From assembly GCA_964234715.1 (NCBI GenBank), contig OZ174275.1: DNA of 64,000 bases; one strand, 5' to 3'. Made by a program: the position numbers and the translations under genes. The DNA comes from Podarcis melisellensis. Its lineage: Eukaryota. Shown piece after piece: positions 1-12,771 of the stretch. Positions within the stretch are counted from its first letter, which is position 1. The number at the start of each line of letters is the position of its first letter. Under the pieces are notes generated by a model. The model worked only from the letters and a program-made list of their open reading frames with translations. It ran no database searches and was not told the DNA's origin.

Positions 1-1105
1 GCAGTGGGCATATAGCTGGGAAAGCTGCTTCATACAGGGATCAGCTTCATGATCAAGTTCCCCACAAAGACCTCAGTCACAGCTGACCCACCTATTACAG
101 ATGTCATATCATGCCATATTACAGATGTCATATATTATATCATGACTGCTGCTCTGACATCATTAGGAAACTGATCCACAAGATGTTCCTACAGTCTCTG
201 CACAAAAATTCCCTAAAATTTTCTGAAAATCCTGCTGTGCTTCCAAGGAACTGAATGCACATCTTCTTTGCATCTTTAACAAAACTATTATGCTATGGAC
301 ACCTTCATGCAATTCACTATTTACCCACTAAAACAGATAAACTAACAATAGTGAATAGGACCATTTCCCCCCTGTAAGGATAGCTTCATATACAGGGAAG
401 TGTTCTATGTGTAAACTAGATAACTGAATACGTAAATGAAGTTAATTTCTCAAATATCCGGTTGACATTACTGCAATCTGCTTTTTCTTGAAGGAACAAC
501 AGCAGCAGCACAATCACTTGTACAGGAAATTTTCCCTTCAAGCTGGGGTTTCTCAAGACCAATAATAGAAAGAACATGAATCTCAATGCCATTTATATTC
601 TGGTGACTTTTAAGGTGATCAGTATTGGAGCGCATGCTTGCCATACAGAAAAGTCCTAGGCTCCATTCCTGGTAAGATTTCCATCTGAACCCAAAAGATC
701 CAATGCCAGAGCTCTGTAGACCAGAGATTGGCAACTTGTGATCCTCCAGATACTGTCCAATGGCAACTCCCATCATCCTTGTTAACTGCACTAGTTGGGA
801 CCAATGGAAGTTGGAAGTTCAGGAACATTTGGAAGGCCCCTAAAATTCCCATCCTTAGTGTAAACAGCACCAACCATACACTCAGCAGTGTATGATTTCA
901 GAACAATTTGCATTTGACATAATTGGGGGTATTTGTACTCCATGAGTGGTATCCATGTAGGTTTATCTGTGTCTCTTATGAGTCACCAAAACGAAGAAGT
1001 TGACACCACAGACTTTGGCTCCTACTAGTAAACTGCAGTTACATGTAGGGTTTACAGTACATGTTTCATTATGTGTAGTTTTAGACTGAAGTAAAGCATG
1101 GCAAT

Positions 1106-1324
1106 CCTGCCAACTTAGCAGTTCGAAAGCATGTCAAAGCGCAAGTAGATAAATAGGTACCACTCCGGCGGGAAGGTAAACGGCGTTTCCGTGCGCTGCT
1201 CTGGTTCACCAGAAGCGGCTTAGTCATGCTGGCCACATGACCCGGAATAAAGCGAGATGAGCGCCGCAACCCCAGAGCCGGCCACGACTGGACCTAACGG
1301 TCAGGGGTCCCTTTACCTTTACCT
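1106..1324 (+). mobile_element. Sauria SINE, 5'-truncated
   Basis: Core gcaagtagataaataggtacc and (ACCTTT)n tail; 14-bp TSD taaagcatggcaat at 1092-1105 and 1325-1338. Confidence 0.9.
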
Positions 1325-3035
1325 TAAAGCATGGCAATATTTTTCCTCACATATTATTAAGGAATAACTACTTATAAAGGTGGTACAGTTAAAACTCAAG
1401 AACGTTTCACCCTTCCACTACTGCTAATCAATGATCAGCAAGTTCTCTCAGTCAGAAAAAAAAGTTTTGTACACCACGTTTTACTCCCTACTCAATATTC
1501 CTTAGCTCTCTGTGTTACAACGTAAGCCCTAGGTTTAGTTAAGTAATAAGACAAAAATCTGTAGAAGAGAGCTGATCAATACATATATTGTGTCAGCTAG
1601 AAGAGACATATAAAATAGACCTAGAAATATCCAATTTGTGATTTATTAAAGAATTCGGATAGGACTGCCAGATGTGTTCTGACAGTATAAAAACAAACAT
1701 AATTAAACTTGTGCCATCTGTAGGCACAATTTTGTGCTCAATACCGTTTCACAGGGTTGAACAGAGAGATGCATGACTGCAACTCTGCCCATGCAGTGGG
1801 GAATTTGCCCAGCTTCTTCCAGCTACAGCCTCTTAGTCTTTGCCCTGTGAAAAGCTGCTCTTGAGGGTTGGAAAGCCCACAGGAATAGCACAAGGCATGG
1901 CTCAAGGAGGCTGCTCTGGAAATTGATCTAAATTGGAGAGTTTCTGCACAAACAGAATCTGTATCACAGCCATGAGGCTATATACCACAGCACTACTCTT
2001 TTCTAAAGTGGAAACAATTAGATGACAAGTTTTTTGTTTTTATAATGAATCAACCCCCATTAGAATTATGAATCAAGAACACGGTGCCCACATACGCCTT
2101 CCCTAAATGAACATTGCAAAGTTAATTCCCTGAAATCGATGTAGGTGAATGCCTCACTTTCTAGTGTCCTACTCTGAGTGCTTCCACTTTGTTCCCAGTT
2201 TTATTTTCCAACTCTGGCCACACACAATGGATACAAAGCATAAGTACCTGTTACTGCACTGGTTCATGCTCATTCCTGCTATCCTTACTTCTGCCTTTCC
2301 ATCCCAACTCCTGTTCTCTCCCCACCTCATTGATATTTAGAACGCGAGGTCCATGGATCAGAAATTTGTCTTTGGTGCTCATTTTTCTCTGTTATGCACC
2401 ATGTACATGTATTGCAATCAATAATAACAACAATACTCAAAATACCATTGTATGAAAACAGTTATGGTCCACCAACCACAAAAACACTACAATATGTAAG
2501 ATCATTAAAATAAACACCATTTGCAAGATAAAAATGAAGAGAGATTTAGTACCCACTGAGGTTCTAGTAGAAAGGCAATTTTAAGGAAACCCCAAAGGTA
2601 GTAATTCCCTTTCTCAAATTCAAGAAACATTAATGAAATCCTATTTTTGTTTTCTTAAAAGTAAATTCCATCATAGTTAGTGAGGCTTACTCTTAGGTAA
2701 GTGTACATAGGATTGAAGTCTAAATTTAGCCACCACCTCCACCAGCCCAGTTTGGCAGATACCGCCTTTCATAACCTCTTCTCAAAGCTGGCTAATCATA
2801 ATTTTAGTACTCAGTGTCAACTGTGATCATTAAGCACTTACTGTGTAAATATCACGAGCTTCCTTAGGCATTTGCTTATTTTTATTTTTTTTGCAATTCA
2901 TTAACATGATATTATTTCCCAGCATTAGATTTAGGAGAGAAATCCGTTGCAGTTGTGCAGATTTTTTTGTTCTGTGCCTGGGCATTAAGACCATTTTTGA
3001 GATTCCACGCATATACAATCAAAATAGCAGTATTG

Positions 3036-3971
3036 CTAGACAGATAGTAAAAAAAAGATGACGACGAAGCAGAAGCGGGGANNNNNNNNNNNNNNNNNNN
3101 NNNNNNNNNNNNNNNNNNNNNNNNNNNNNNNNNNNNNNNNNNNNNNNNNNNNNNNNNNNNNNNNNNNNNNNNNNNNNNNNNNNNNNNNNNNNNNNNNNNN
3201 NNNNNNNNNNNNNNNNNNNNNNNNNNNNNNNNNNNNNNNNNNNNNNNNNNNNNNNNNNNNNNNNNNNNNNNNNNNNNNNNNNNNNNNNNNNNNNNNNNNN
3301 NNNNNNNNNNNNNNNNNNNNNNNNNNNNNNNNNNNNNNNNNNNNNNNNNNNNNNNNNNNNNNNNNNNNNNNNNNNNNNNNNNNNNNNNNNNNNNNNNNNN
3401 NNNNNNNNNNNNNNNNNNNNNNNNNNNNNNNNNNNNNNNNNNNNNNNNNNNNNNNNNNNNNNNNNNNNNNNNNNNNNNNNNNNNNNNNNNNNNNNNNNNN
3501 NNNNNNNNNNACTGAGCGAGTATGCATGTGTGTTAAATGCAGAGCTCCCTTAACAACTGCAGGACTGCCATTTAATCTGTTGGTAGATGGACCACTTCCT
3601 GTGGGAATTCNNNNNNNNNNNNNNNNNNNNNNNNNNNNNNNNNNNNNNNNNNNNNNNNNNNNNNNNNNNNNNNNNNNNNNNNNNNNNNNNNNNNNNNNNN
3701 NNNNNNNNNNNNNNNNNNNNNNNNNNNNNNNNNNNNNNNNNNNNNNTTTGATGCGCCGGGTTTTCTTTGTGTGTTGTTTATATTTTACTGCAGTATCACA
3801 ACTACACAAGGTATTCGTCAAATGNNNNNNNNNNNNNNNNNNNNNNNNNNNNNNNNNNNNNNNNNNNNNNNNNNNNNNNNNNNNNNNNNNNNNNNNNNNN
3901 NNNNNNNNNNNNNNNNNNNNNNNNNNNNNNNNNNNNNNNNNNNNNNNNNNNNNNNNGGATGAGTAAATATT
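3036..3971 (-). CDS. Probable large last coding exon of the same gene, partly masked: ...HLTNTLCSCDTAVKYKQHTKKTRRIK...IPTGSGPSTNRLNGSPAVVKGALHLTHMHTRS...PRFCFVVIFFLLSV*
   Basis: One minus frame stays open through all unmasked islands between three N-runs. The acceptor is either aaacAG at 3972-3973 (phase 0) or lies just inside the mask after a pyrimidine tract (tatttactcatcc). The true stop could be hidden in the mask. AATAAA (minus strand) occurs at 2881-2886. Confidence 0.55.
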   Translation of the reverse strand, partial: NIYSSXXXXXXXXXXXXXXXXXXXXXXXXXXXXXXXXXXXXXXXXXXXXHLTNTLCSCDTAVKYKQHTKKTRRIKXXXXXXXXXXXXXXXXXXXXXXXXXXXXXXXXXXXXXXXXXXXXXXIPTGSGPSTNRLNGSPAVVKGALHLTHMHTRSXXXXXXXXXXXXXXXXXXXXXXXXXXXXXXXXXXXXXXXXXXXXXXXXXXXXXXXXXXXXXXXXXXXXXXXXXXXXXXXXXXXXXXXXXXXXXXXXXXXXXXXXXXXXXXXXXXXXXXXXXXXXXXXXXXXXXXXXXXXXXXXXPRFCFVVIFFLLSV

Positions 3972-5348
3972 CTGTTTATCTCTCATTGTAATTCAGGTTA
4001 GTTTAAATACAGGGCTTCAAGATATCATTACAATCTATATAGATTTATTACATAATTTCCAAACACAGTGCCTGGTGGAGTTTTACTCAGCCAAACTAGT
4101 ACTGGGGTTTTCTATCTAAACCAGCATTTTAAAAAGGGAAGAAAGTAAGCCTTTCCATTATATATACTCACATATATATATACTGTGACACCTGGCAGAT
4201 AACACTCTTATTATATATTTCCTCATCAATTATCCAAATCTTAATTATCTAAATTTCCTTTTTATGTGGAGCAAGGTCATGTCCCTGCATACCCTTTAAT
4301 TAAACAGAAATCCTCTTTGTCACCCAAATTTATTCAGGTATTAATGCCAATACGATAAATTTTATAATTTAAAATGGCAAAATTAGATAACCACACACAC
4401 ACACACACACACACACATGCCCCCTGCCTTATTGAAATAACATACCTTTAAAGTACATGTTTTATTTTTTTAGCCTGCATCACAATAACATTAAGGCCAC
4501 TTTAGGCAATAATGAGCTGATAAACGTCATTCTCTGGAAAACGGTACATTAAACATGCAGGCAAAATCTTTGATAATCTCATTTCATCTCTGATGCATCC
4601 CCCTGGAGGACATGAACTGGTTTTTAATGAAAAAAATGGTTATGTCTTTGCTCATCATACCTGTAGCAAGGCTGGCCTGGTCTAAATTTAAGCTTTACAC
4701 TTCTTGATAATAAAACTCTATCCAAAAATGTTTATAAGCAAAGCAATAGCCAGACATTTGCAGTACTTGTGATAATTTCCCTAAACCTTATTTGGAAGAT
4801 ACCTGACAACTCCAAAAAGTGTACAATACTGGCAACGTAAAGCCATGGAGTCCAAGCGGTAAACACCAAATTATATTAAAGTTGAAGAAACACAGCATTA
4901 AGGGATGCCAACTTGCCTTTGAGAATGAACAGGGGTACTTAGCAGTCACTGCTCTCCTTTCTCAATATACTGTATCGGTTTTCAACAAATCAAATCAAAC
5001 CTCAAGAGATAGGTACTCGGTTGCTCCGTCAAGAAGGAACTTATGAGTTAGATGCGAGCAGCTTCTTCTTTTTTAAGCCCTCACAGTATTGCTTATGTCA
5101 AAGTATTCAAAAAAAAAATTGAGGAAGAAGGGAAAAAGAAAAAGCTGTGAGTGGTCAACTTAGTATTTAACTTAAAAAATATTGAATATAGTTGCCTTTG
5201 CTCTTCATCCTTCAGGTTTTTGGTTGTTTTTTTACATTTGTATACACCAAGTATCACTTATATTCGCTGATCCATAATGGCCGCTCAGCCCATCCATAAA
5301 AGGTGGGTGGCGGTTGTGACCTGGCGCATGAGCTCCTTCACCTCCCCG

Positions 5349-5960
5349 TGTAATAAAAGGTCATATATATATAAATATAGAAAATAAATGTTCATAAATG
5401 TACGAATCTAGCACGTACATAGATATGTGGACCATTTTGACTCCCAAACTGACCAAATGTTTTCTCTGCAAGGAGGTGAGGGAGCCTTCCCATTGTCTCA
5501 GGAATTAAGTGATCACCATCTCAAAGGAATGGCCAGACTACCAGGAAAAGCAATCAGATAAGGCATTATCAGATAACCTGGCAGACAGGAAAAACAACAA
5601 CATTCAAATTTCTGTTGTAGACCGCCTTTTCTGTGACGTGGGTATGATGTTTGTGGGGTGTGGTCTTGGGTTACACTCCTTCTGTGTTGTATGTATGATG
5701 TATGTATGGAGGGGTGGTCTTGAGCTCCAGGGCAGGGAATTTAAAACGTCTATATAAGGGCAGGCTCACCTTTGTCCAGGGTCCTCCTCATCTCTCCTGC
5801 GTGTGAGGGGAGCACCCTGTTGCAACAGCCTTAATAAAGATCAGGCTTTGCTTCTCAATATTCTCTGGTTGGCCTCTGTTATTTTCTCCTACTGATGGAG
5901 AACCTACAAAAGACTCTATAAAGGGCTCTTGCATACCCCATAAGGGAATAAGGGCAGACA
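5349..5960 (+). mobile_element. Solo LTR (ERV/Gypsy-like)
   Basis: TG...CA ends, TATA box (tctatataag, ~5750), AATAAA (~5833); no clean TSD. Confidence 0.55.
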
Positions 5961-6238
5961 CGCCAGTTTCCTATGTGGTCATTGGCTCGCACCCCCTGGC
6001 TATAGCAGAGCATCACGGGTCACCCACCAGACCCTGTTTTGAATCGTGCCTATCCGTGGTGGCCTGGGGGACGTGATCAAGGGAACGGACATGGAGTGGT
6101 AGTTTTCTCTCTGGTCCACTTCCAAACCATAAAGAACTAGCCGGTGCTGTTCACTGCAGCCCAAGCCACTCCCACCACTGCATATGTAAATGGAGAGGAC
6201 TGGGGGCCCTTCTCTTCTTTTATGTAGTCATTGCAGTT

Positions 6239-6480
6239 ACAGATAGGTAGCCGTGTTGGTCTGCCATAGTCAAAACAAAAAAAAAAAATTCCTTCCAGTA
6301 GCACCTTAAAGACCAACTAAGTTAGTTCTTGGTATGAGCTTTCGTGTGCATGCACACTTCTTCAGATACACTGAAACGGAAGTGTATCAGTGTATCTGTT
6401 TCAGTGTATCTGAAGAAGTGTGCATGCACACGAAAGCTCATACCAAGAACTAACTTAGTTGGTCTTTAAGGTGCTACTGG
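6239..6480. mobile_element. Penelope-like element remnant, inverted (fold-back) pLTR structure
   Basis: Near-perfect ~83-bp inverted arms; hammerhead motifs on both strands; TSD tagtcattgcagtt. Confidence 0.75.
6406..6444 (+). ncRNA. Minimal hammerhead ribozyme; an antisense twin lies at 6331-6369 on the minus strand
   Basis: Same CTGAAGA...GAAAGCTC core. Confidence 0.7.
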
Positions 6481-6541
6481 TAGTCATTGCAGTTTTGGAT
6501 GAGAGGCAGAAAGGACTTTAGAGTTCTGAAAACAGGGGCAA

Positions 6542-6630
6542 ATGGCTTTTCTCCATATGAAATGGACTTATGAATTGTAGCTTTTCTCCATATGGCTTTT
6601 CTCCATATGAAATGGACTTATGAATTGTAG
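6542..6630. repeat. Local tandem duplication of ~39 bp
   Basis: atggcttttctccatatgaaatggacttatgaattgtag occurs twice. Confidence 0.9.
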
Positions 6631-7744
6631 CAGGTTCTTGCTTTCTAATGACAAATAAAAACATCAGAAGAAACTAATGGAGACATGTTTATAGGCTTTA
6701 CGACATTCTGCAAGAAAAAGAAGAAATTACTGCGAAGGTTGTGAGTCCCTAGTTCAGGGTAGCCAACCTGCTCCCCTCTCCATGTTGTGAACTGCTCCTG
6801 ATGCTGTGGACGATTCCTACCGTCCCTGGCTATTGGCAATGCTGCCTGGGGCTAATGGGAGTTGTAGTCTGAAACAGTGGCAGGGCACCATGTTGACCAT
6901 CATATAACCCATTCTATATGAACTGTTTGCTGCTCCTCACCGGAATTCCAGCAACCATAAATCTTTTTTCATGAGAAAAAAGGGGAATCAGGCACCCAGC
7001 AGAAAATGTTTGAGCAACTACTTGGAGAAACGGAGATGTAAGCAGCTTGCTTTATTCTGCGAACAACCGTCAAGATGAGCCTCTGCCAGGTTTATTCAGT
7101 GGTGGCCAACTTTATTGGCAAGTGCCATTCTGCTGTGTATAGATGATGGAGAAATGATAGATAGTATGAGAGACAGCTGACAGGATGATCATAACAACAC
7201 TATCTCCTACTTAAGACTTGACTTGTACCCCTCTAACCCCACTGCCATGAAGGAAAGAAAGAAAAAGCCAGCATCTTGAATAAAGATCTAGCATGGGTTA
7301 GAAATGGAAAAAGGGGTGGTGAACAAAGAAAAGATGTTTAAATACACAACACAGTAACTCTTCCATAATACTAAGGGCTAAGCCAATGTGGTACCCTCCA
7401 GACATTGCTGGAATCTAGCTCAGATCAGCTCCAGTCAGCATGGCCAATGCTGGGATCCACCATCTGGGCAGCACCACATCAGCTACTCATAGACTGTAAA
7501 CTCCATGTGCAATTCTTTGAATGAGCCCATTATTTCTGAACTGCAGCTAAATTGAACTGAATAAAATCCTAACCCCGGGGGGTGGGGGAGAGATCGTAAA
7601 AAAATCACAACACAAAAAAGAATAGTATTTACAGCTCTAACGCATACTTCCTAAGCCTCCAATGGCCATGACAGATCAGGGATTTTGCAAACTGAACTAC
7701 TGTACGTTGGAACACAAATATACTGTTGCACGCCCCCCCCCCAA

Positions 7745-7980
7745 TCCATGGATGGATTGCTAACAGATTCGGTGGGTGGCTAACAGACTGAGGTTGAATC
7801 CTGACAAGACAGAAGTACTTTTTGGGGGGAGGGCAGGCAGGTATGGGTGACTCCCTGGTCCTGAATGGGGTAACTGTGCCCCTGAATGACAAAGTGTGCA
7901 GCCTGGGAGTCATTTTGGACTCACAGCTGTCCATGGATGCGCAGGTGAATTCTGTGTCCGGGCCAGCTGTCTACCAGCTA
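7745..7980 (+). mobile_element. L2-clade LINE RT fragment
   Basis: Encodes WVANRLRLNPDKTEVL...SLGVILDSQLSM. Confidence 0.8.
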
Positions 7981-8394
7981 TGTGTAAGTCTCAGAACTTG
8001 CAAATGGTCTCTTTGAAAGAATTAACCTTTTGAACCTTTCTTAGGGTATAGTGACCCCTAAAGGTACTAAAGTTGAACTGGCTACAGAGGTTCTAAAATG
8101 TAATAGAATGAATACATGTTTGTTGCTGGCTGTGAAAAGGGGAGTCTGAAGGACACCTTTGGATCTTGTTAGGTGCAGTGGTCCAGTTTCCTCTGAGCCA
8201 CATCTTAGAAACCTTGATCTGGCAATAATGGAAAAGGAATTCAACAAGTGGGTATAGTGACCATTCATAAAACAGCCATAAGTCAAGGAAACATTTCCTG
8301 TGGAGATCACAACTAACCCCATTGCCAACTACAAAAAAGGAAACTCATGCCACAACAGTCTGCATAATAGTTAGGATGGCTTCCCAAAGGAGAT

Positions 8395-8443
8395 TTCTTT
8401 CTTTCTTTCTTTCTTTTCTTTCTTTCTTTCTTTCTTTCTTTCT
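8395..8443. repeat. (TTTC)n microsatellite
   Basis: Directly visible. Confidence 0.95.
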
Positions 8444-10778
8444 CACCCGTGATATTCAACGTTTAACCCACTTCCCCATAAATTCTCTATATTTTATGCT
8501 TTGTGGACCCATTTCATGAGTTGTTGTAAAAACAGAACAGTTGGGTGGTGAACTCCAGTCCACAGCTTGGATGTGGCCTTCTAGGCCTCTTTCCTCCCAG
8601 TCTTTGGCACTCTCCCCAAAGCAACCTCTCTCTGTGCCCTCCTTGAGTGCTTTTGTCTGGCTAAAACATCTCATTGAACTGTGATAATGCCCCTTGATTG
8701 CCAGGATGGAGAAATTTGTAGAGAAATCTCTGGCCTTTGCATGGCTGGAATCTAGCCTCCTGTACAAAGGTAAACAAAATCACATCAATGGCTCTACCCG
8801 CTGAGGCTTCTGGCTCTTCCTACCTCTGGCAAGCAGCCCCTGAATAGTTTTCAACCCCTTGGGGGCTGAAAAAAAGGGTTCCCAATTTCAATAGTAGAAT
8901 ATGCTGGTACAACAGGGTGCTGGTCTTGCAGTTTCACCTTGTCTAGATTCCAGTCCTTAACATTTCTCCTCCATCCTGCTCACTCACAAGAGGGCCCAAA
9001 CAACATTTAGGAAACAGCCCTCCTTCTACATTCATACAAGCACCAAAGAGCACAAAGCTCTGCAGGAGAGAAATGGCCAGAGAGAAGGGAGATGAGAGAA
9101 ACCCCTTTCTTAGGAGAGTTTAAGTGGAAAGTTAGATATATGCGAGAGGAGGAGTAAGTTCCCTTCAGGACTGAGATTGAAGCAGCACGAAGCACTGGGA
9201 CATATATACACACAAGTGTGAATGTAATGTGATTCTAACTAGGGATTTTCTGATCTATTATGTTCTTGTGTTTCTTGTGGCAAGCCACTCACAGCTGTGG
9301 AGTAAATGACATTTACTACTACTCCTCCTTCTTCCTTCCCTACACAACGCTGAATCTTCTGCCCCAAGGGACCCCGGTAGACAGATCAGAAGGCTCCTGG
9401 TTTGAATCTTGGTCAACTCAGAATCCAGTTTCTAACCACAAATGTCAAGTTCCCTGCCTCCAGCCCATTTCCCAATGCAGTTTTATGTTTGAAGAACTCC
9501 ACACTCCTCCTTCTTTTTAATCTTTCCTTTTTAGCACATTACATTTAACTGCTTATTAAATCAAATTGAAGCAAACAAGATGGCTGCTCTGGCTACTGGC
9601 TCTCTTCAGTTTGTAAGGGATTAGCACTAGGCAATGCTGTTGCTAGCCTGTAACTTCTCCATGCCTGCAGCTTGGTCTTGGTTTTATGTGGAGAAACAGG
9701 AAGCTGATGCTTTTCAGAGCCTGTAATTTAGAGCTGCTAGGTCAACCAGAGATGCACCTAAAATAATAGTACAAAAAGGGTTTTCTGTTTGTAATTTTGA
9801 TTAAAGTGGATATTCTTCAGAGAGAATGAAATCAGTCAGTCACTTTGATATTGACTCAAAAGCTGCTGGTGATAGGAAGAATGGATGAATTGCTAGTGTT
9901 GATGTACTTTCAGTGCTTCCTTGGAAACTAGAGAGAGATGGGCGTAGTGCAATTAACCGTGAAGTGTACCTCTACTGAACCACCAGTACAGCTCTCCAAT
10001 GCTAAAAGGGAGGCAGGTTTCCTCTTGCATTATTTTGCATTCATAAAGATGTTCTAAACCCTTTCAGGAAAAAGAAAAGCGGCAAGACAAGGAACAGCAC
10101 GTGCAAAGAAATGCAACATATGCCTCTCTCTCTCTCTGCACCCATGATCCATTTGCCAAGGCTGCATATGTGGACCTCTTCCGGCCCAGATGCAATTGAA
10201 CTGACCTTTGGAAGGGACAATGGGGCTTCCGTCTGCACCTGCCGCAGGTAGTTCCTCCCAGCTGATACCACATTTATTTACTTGCTTACTGTCTGCACTT
10301 ACAACCCACCCTTCAACAAATGGTTGCAGTAATGTCATAATTAAAATAAGTAGAACTTACACTAACGTCAGAAACTAAAACTGCAAACATCTAATGACAA
10401 CAACGAACAAAACAGAACAGCTAGTCACAGCAATTTATTTTGTTAATCACGAGTTCCATATAGATGCTGAAGGTCCTTGTGTTTCCATGTATGTGTCTCT
10501 GCCTAAGCATTCTGGGGGGGCACACTGTTTGGCGTGAGCTGTCTTGTCCTCCTGACCAGGTTACTGCCCCCAGCTCTGCTCCTGAATCTGAACTGGAAGG
10601 AAAAGAGTGCTTGGGGGAGGGCCTCCTCTTTGTTATCAAGGGCAAGGCAGCCAGAACTGCTGCCAACGTTGGCTATAATTTTCAGAACTGTAACTTTCAG
10701 AACTCTTGCTCAAGTTGCAGCGTTGGATGGTAGAGCAACTCTCCACGATACATGCGATAAGTAAGGCTTAATTCGCTT

Positions 10779-11200
10779 AAAGCTATGGTTTTCCCAGTAG
10801 TAATGTATGGAAGTGTGAGCTGGACCATAAAGACGGCTGATCACTGAAGAATTGATGCTTTTGAATTATGGTGCTGGAGGAGACTCTTGAGAGTCCCATG
10901 GACTGCAAGTAGATCAAACTTATCCATTCTGAAGGAAATCAGCCCTGAGTGCTCACTGGAAGGACAGATCCTGAAGCTGAGGCTCCAATACTTTGGCCAC
11001 CTCATGAGAAGAGAAGACTCCCTGGAAAAGACCCTGATGTTGGGAAAGATTGAGGGCACAAGGAGAAGCGGACGACAGAGGACGAGATGGTTGGACAGTG
11101 TTCTCGAAGCTACCAGCATGAGTTTGACCAAACTGCCTGGCGTGCTCTGGTCCATGGGGTCATGAAGAGTTGGACACAACTAAATGACTAAACAACAACA
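10779..11200 (+). mobile_element. BovB (RTE clade) LINE 3' fragment
   Basis: Encodes RVPWTASRSNLSILKEISPECSLEGQILKLRLQYFGHLMRREDSLEKTLMLGKIEG; (CAA)n tail; imperfect TSD aattcgctt/aattcactt. Confidence 0.92.
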
Positions 11201-11410
11201 AATTCACTTGGAACGGCATGAAGCAAGGAAGCCTACAGGAGTAAGATGCAAGGAAAATGGATGGACAGCATGGATAATGCAGCTAGGACACACATCTAGA
11301 GTTTTTCTTTCTAGAATTGAAGGCATAGTCCCTCTCCCCAATTGGCAATGGGACTGAAATACATGGGAAGGGAAAGGTTAGCTGTTCCCTCTGCAGCCCT
11401 GATTCCAATA

Positions 11411-11571
11411 CAGTCGTACCTTGGTACTCGGACATTTTGGCTCCCGAGCATCGCAAACCTGGAAGCGAGAGCTCCTGCAGCCAATCGGAAGCCGCGTCTT
11501 GGTTTTCAAACCTTTCTGGGAGTCCAATGAACTCCCGGAACGGATTAAGTTTGACAACCAAGGTACGACTG
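11411..11571. mobile_element. Tc1/mariner MITE (CAGTCGTACCTT TIR family)
   Basis: cagtcgtaccttgg...ccaaggtacgactg; TA TSD. A relative lies at 27022-27242. Confidence 0.85.
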
Positions 11572-11684
11572 TAAATATTGTTTCCTGCCCCCCTCCCCCG
11601 CCACAATTAACCTCAGGGGGAAAGCTCCCATTCATACCATTGGGAGCTCTCCCACCACCAGCAAACTGCACCATAGGACATATA

Positions 11685-11968
11685 CTGTATTTTTCACCCT
11701 ATAGGACACACTTTCCCCCCTCCACAAATGAAGGGGAGATGTGTGTGCGTCCTATGGGGCAAATGCAGGCTTTCGCTGAAGCCTGGAGAGCGAGAGGGGT
11801 CGGTGCGCACCAACCCCTCTCGCTCTCCAGGCTTCGCGCAGCTCTCCGCAAGCCGTGGGAGCCCGGCGCTGAGCTCAGAGTTGCCTGCATGCCGAAGCCC
11901 TTTATTTCCCCCCCAAAAAACTAGGTGCGCCTTATGGGCCGGTGCGTCCTATGGGGCGAAAAATACGG
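11685..11968. mobile_element. pogo/Tc2-like MITE
   Basis: TIRs ctgtatttttc...gaaaaatacgg; TA TSD. Confidence 0.8.
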
Positions 11969-11984
11969 TACTCGCTGTCAAGAT

Positions 11985-12311
11985 CAGGGCTCAGCAAACT
12001 TTTTCAGCAGGGGGCCGGTCCACTGTCCCTCAAACTTTGTGGGGGGCCGGACTATATTTTTTTTTTGGGGGGGGGAATGAATGAATTCCTATGCCCCACA
12101 AATAACCCAGAGATGCATTTTAAATAAAAGCACACATTCTACTCATGTAAAAACACCAGGCAGGCCCCACAAATAACCCAGAGATTCATTTTAAATAAAA
12201 GGACACATTCTACTCATGTAAAAACACGCTGATTCCCGGACCGTCCACGGGCCAGACTGAGAAGGCGTTTGGGCCGGATCCAGCCCCTGGGCCTTAGTTT
12301 GCCTACCCATG
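11985..12311 (+). mobile_element. Non-autonomous hAT element
   Basis: cagggctcagcaaact...agtttgcctacccatg; perfect 8-bp TSD gtcaagat; internal ~62-bp duplication. Confidence 0.9.
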
Positions 12312-12674
12312 GTCAAGATCATGGCTGCAAAGGGTTAAACTCCCCCCCCCATCGCACACACCGAAACCCCAATGCTAATACCTCCCCCTATTTGTAATTA
12401 CAGAAAGAAAACTCAGGTGTGCTTCCCAGCCATTGTGCAATTAGGATAGCAGTTCAGCCCTCTGCTACGTATATATTATCCTTCCAGACAAACAAAAAAA
12501 AAGGTCTGGTTTAAAAGGAACATGCTTGCAGTTACATCACTTAACAGAAAAGAAGTGAACTTTTTTTAAACAGTCACTTTTACCTACCAGCAGGAACAAA
12601 TGCATTCCATCCAGGCATTGCCTAGCGTTGGCATAGCCCCTGGGGTTATGTATCAATACCTCAGAAGTCCTTAC

Positions 12675-12771
12675 CTTTTGACCAGTCCTCCATTTGTATT
12701 TCTGAACTTGTTTGATCTGGCAAGGTCTCCGCGTCTTACTCCAAGACTTCAGAGCTAAAGTAAAGCCAAGT
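12675..12771 (-). other. Candidate 97-nt internal or alternative exon
   Basis: Strong acceptor ttttacgtttatttatctAG and donor AAG|GTaagg. It is open only in phase 2->0 (LGFTLALKSWSKTRRPCQIKQVQKYKWRTGQK); in phase 0 it contains a stop. Confidence 0.35.

Noticed and set aside
468-873. Minus-strand ORFs of 107 and 84 aa
   Set aside because: They overlap degenerate SINE and MITE remnants.
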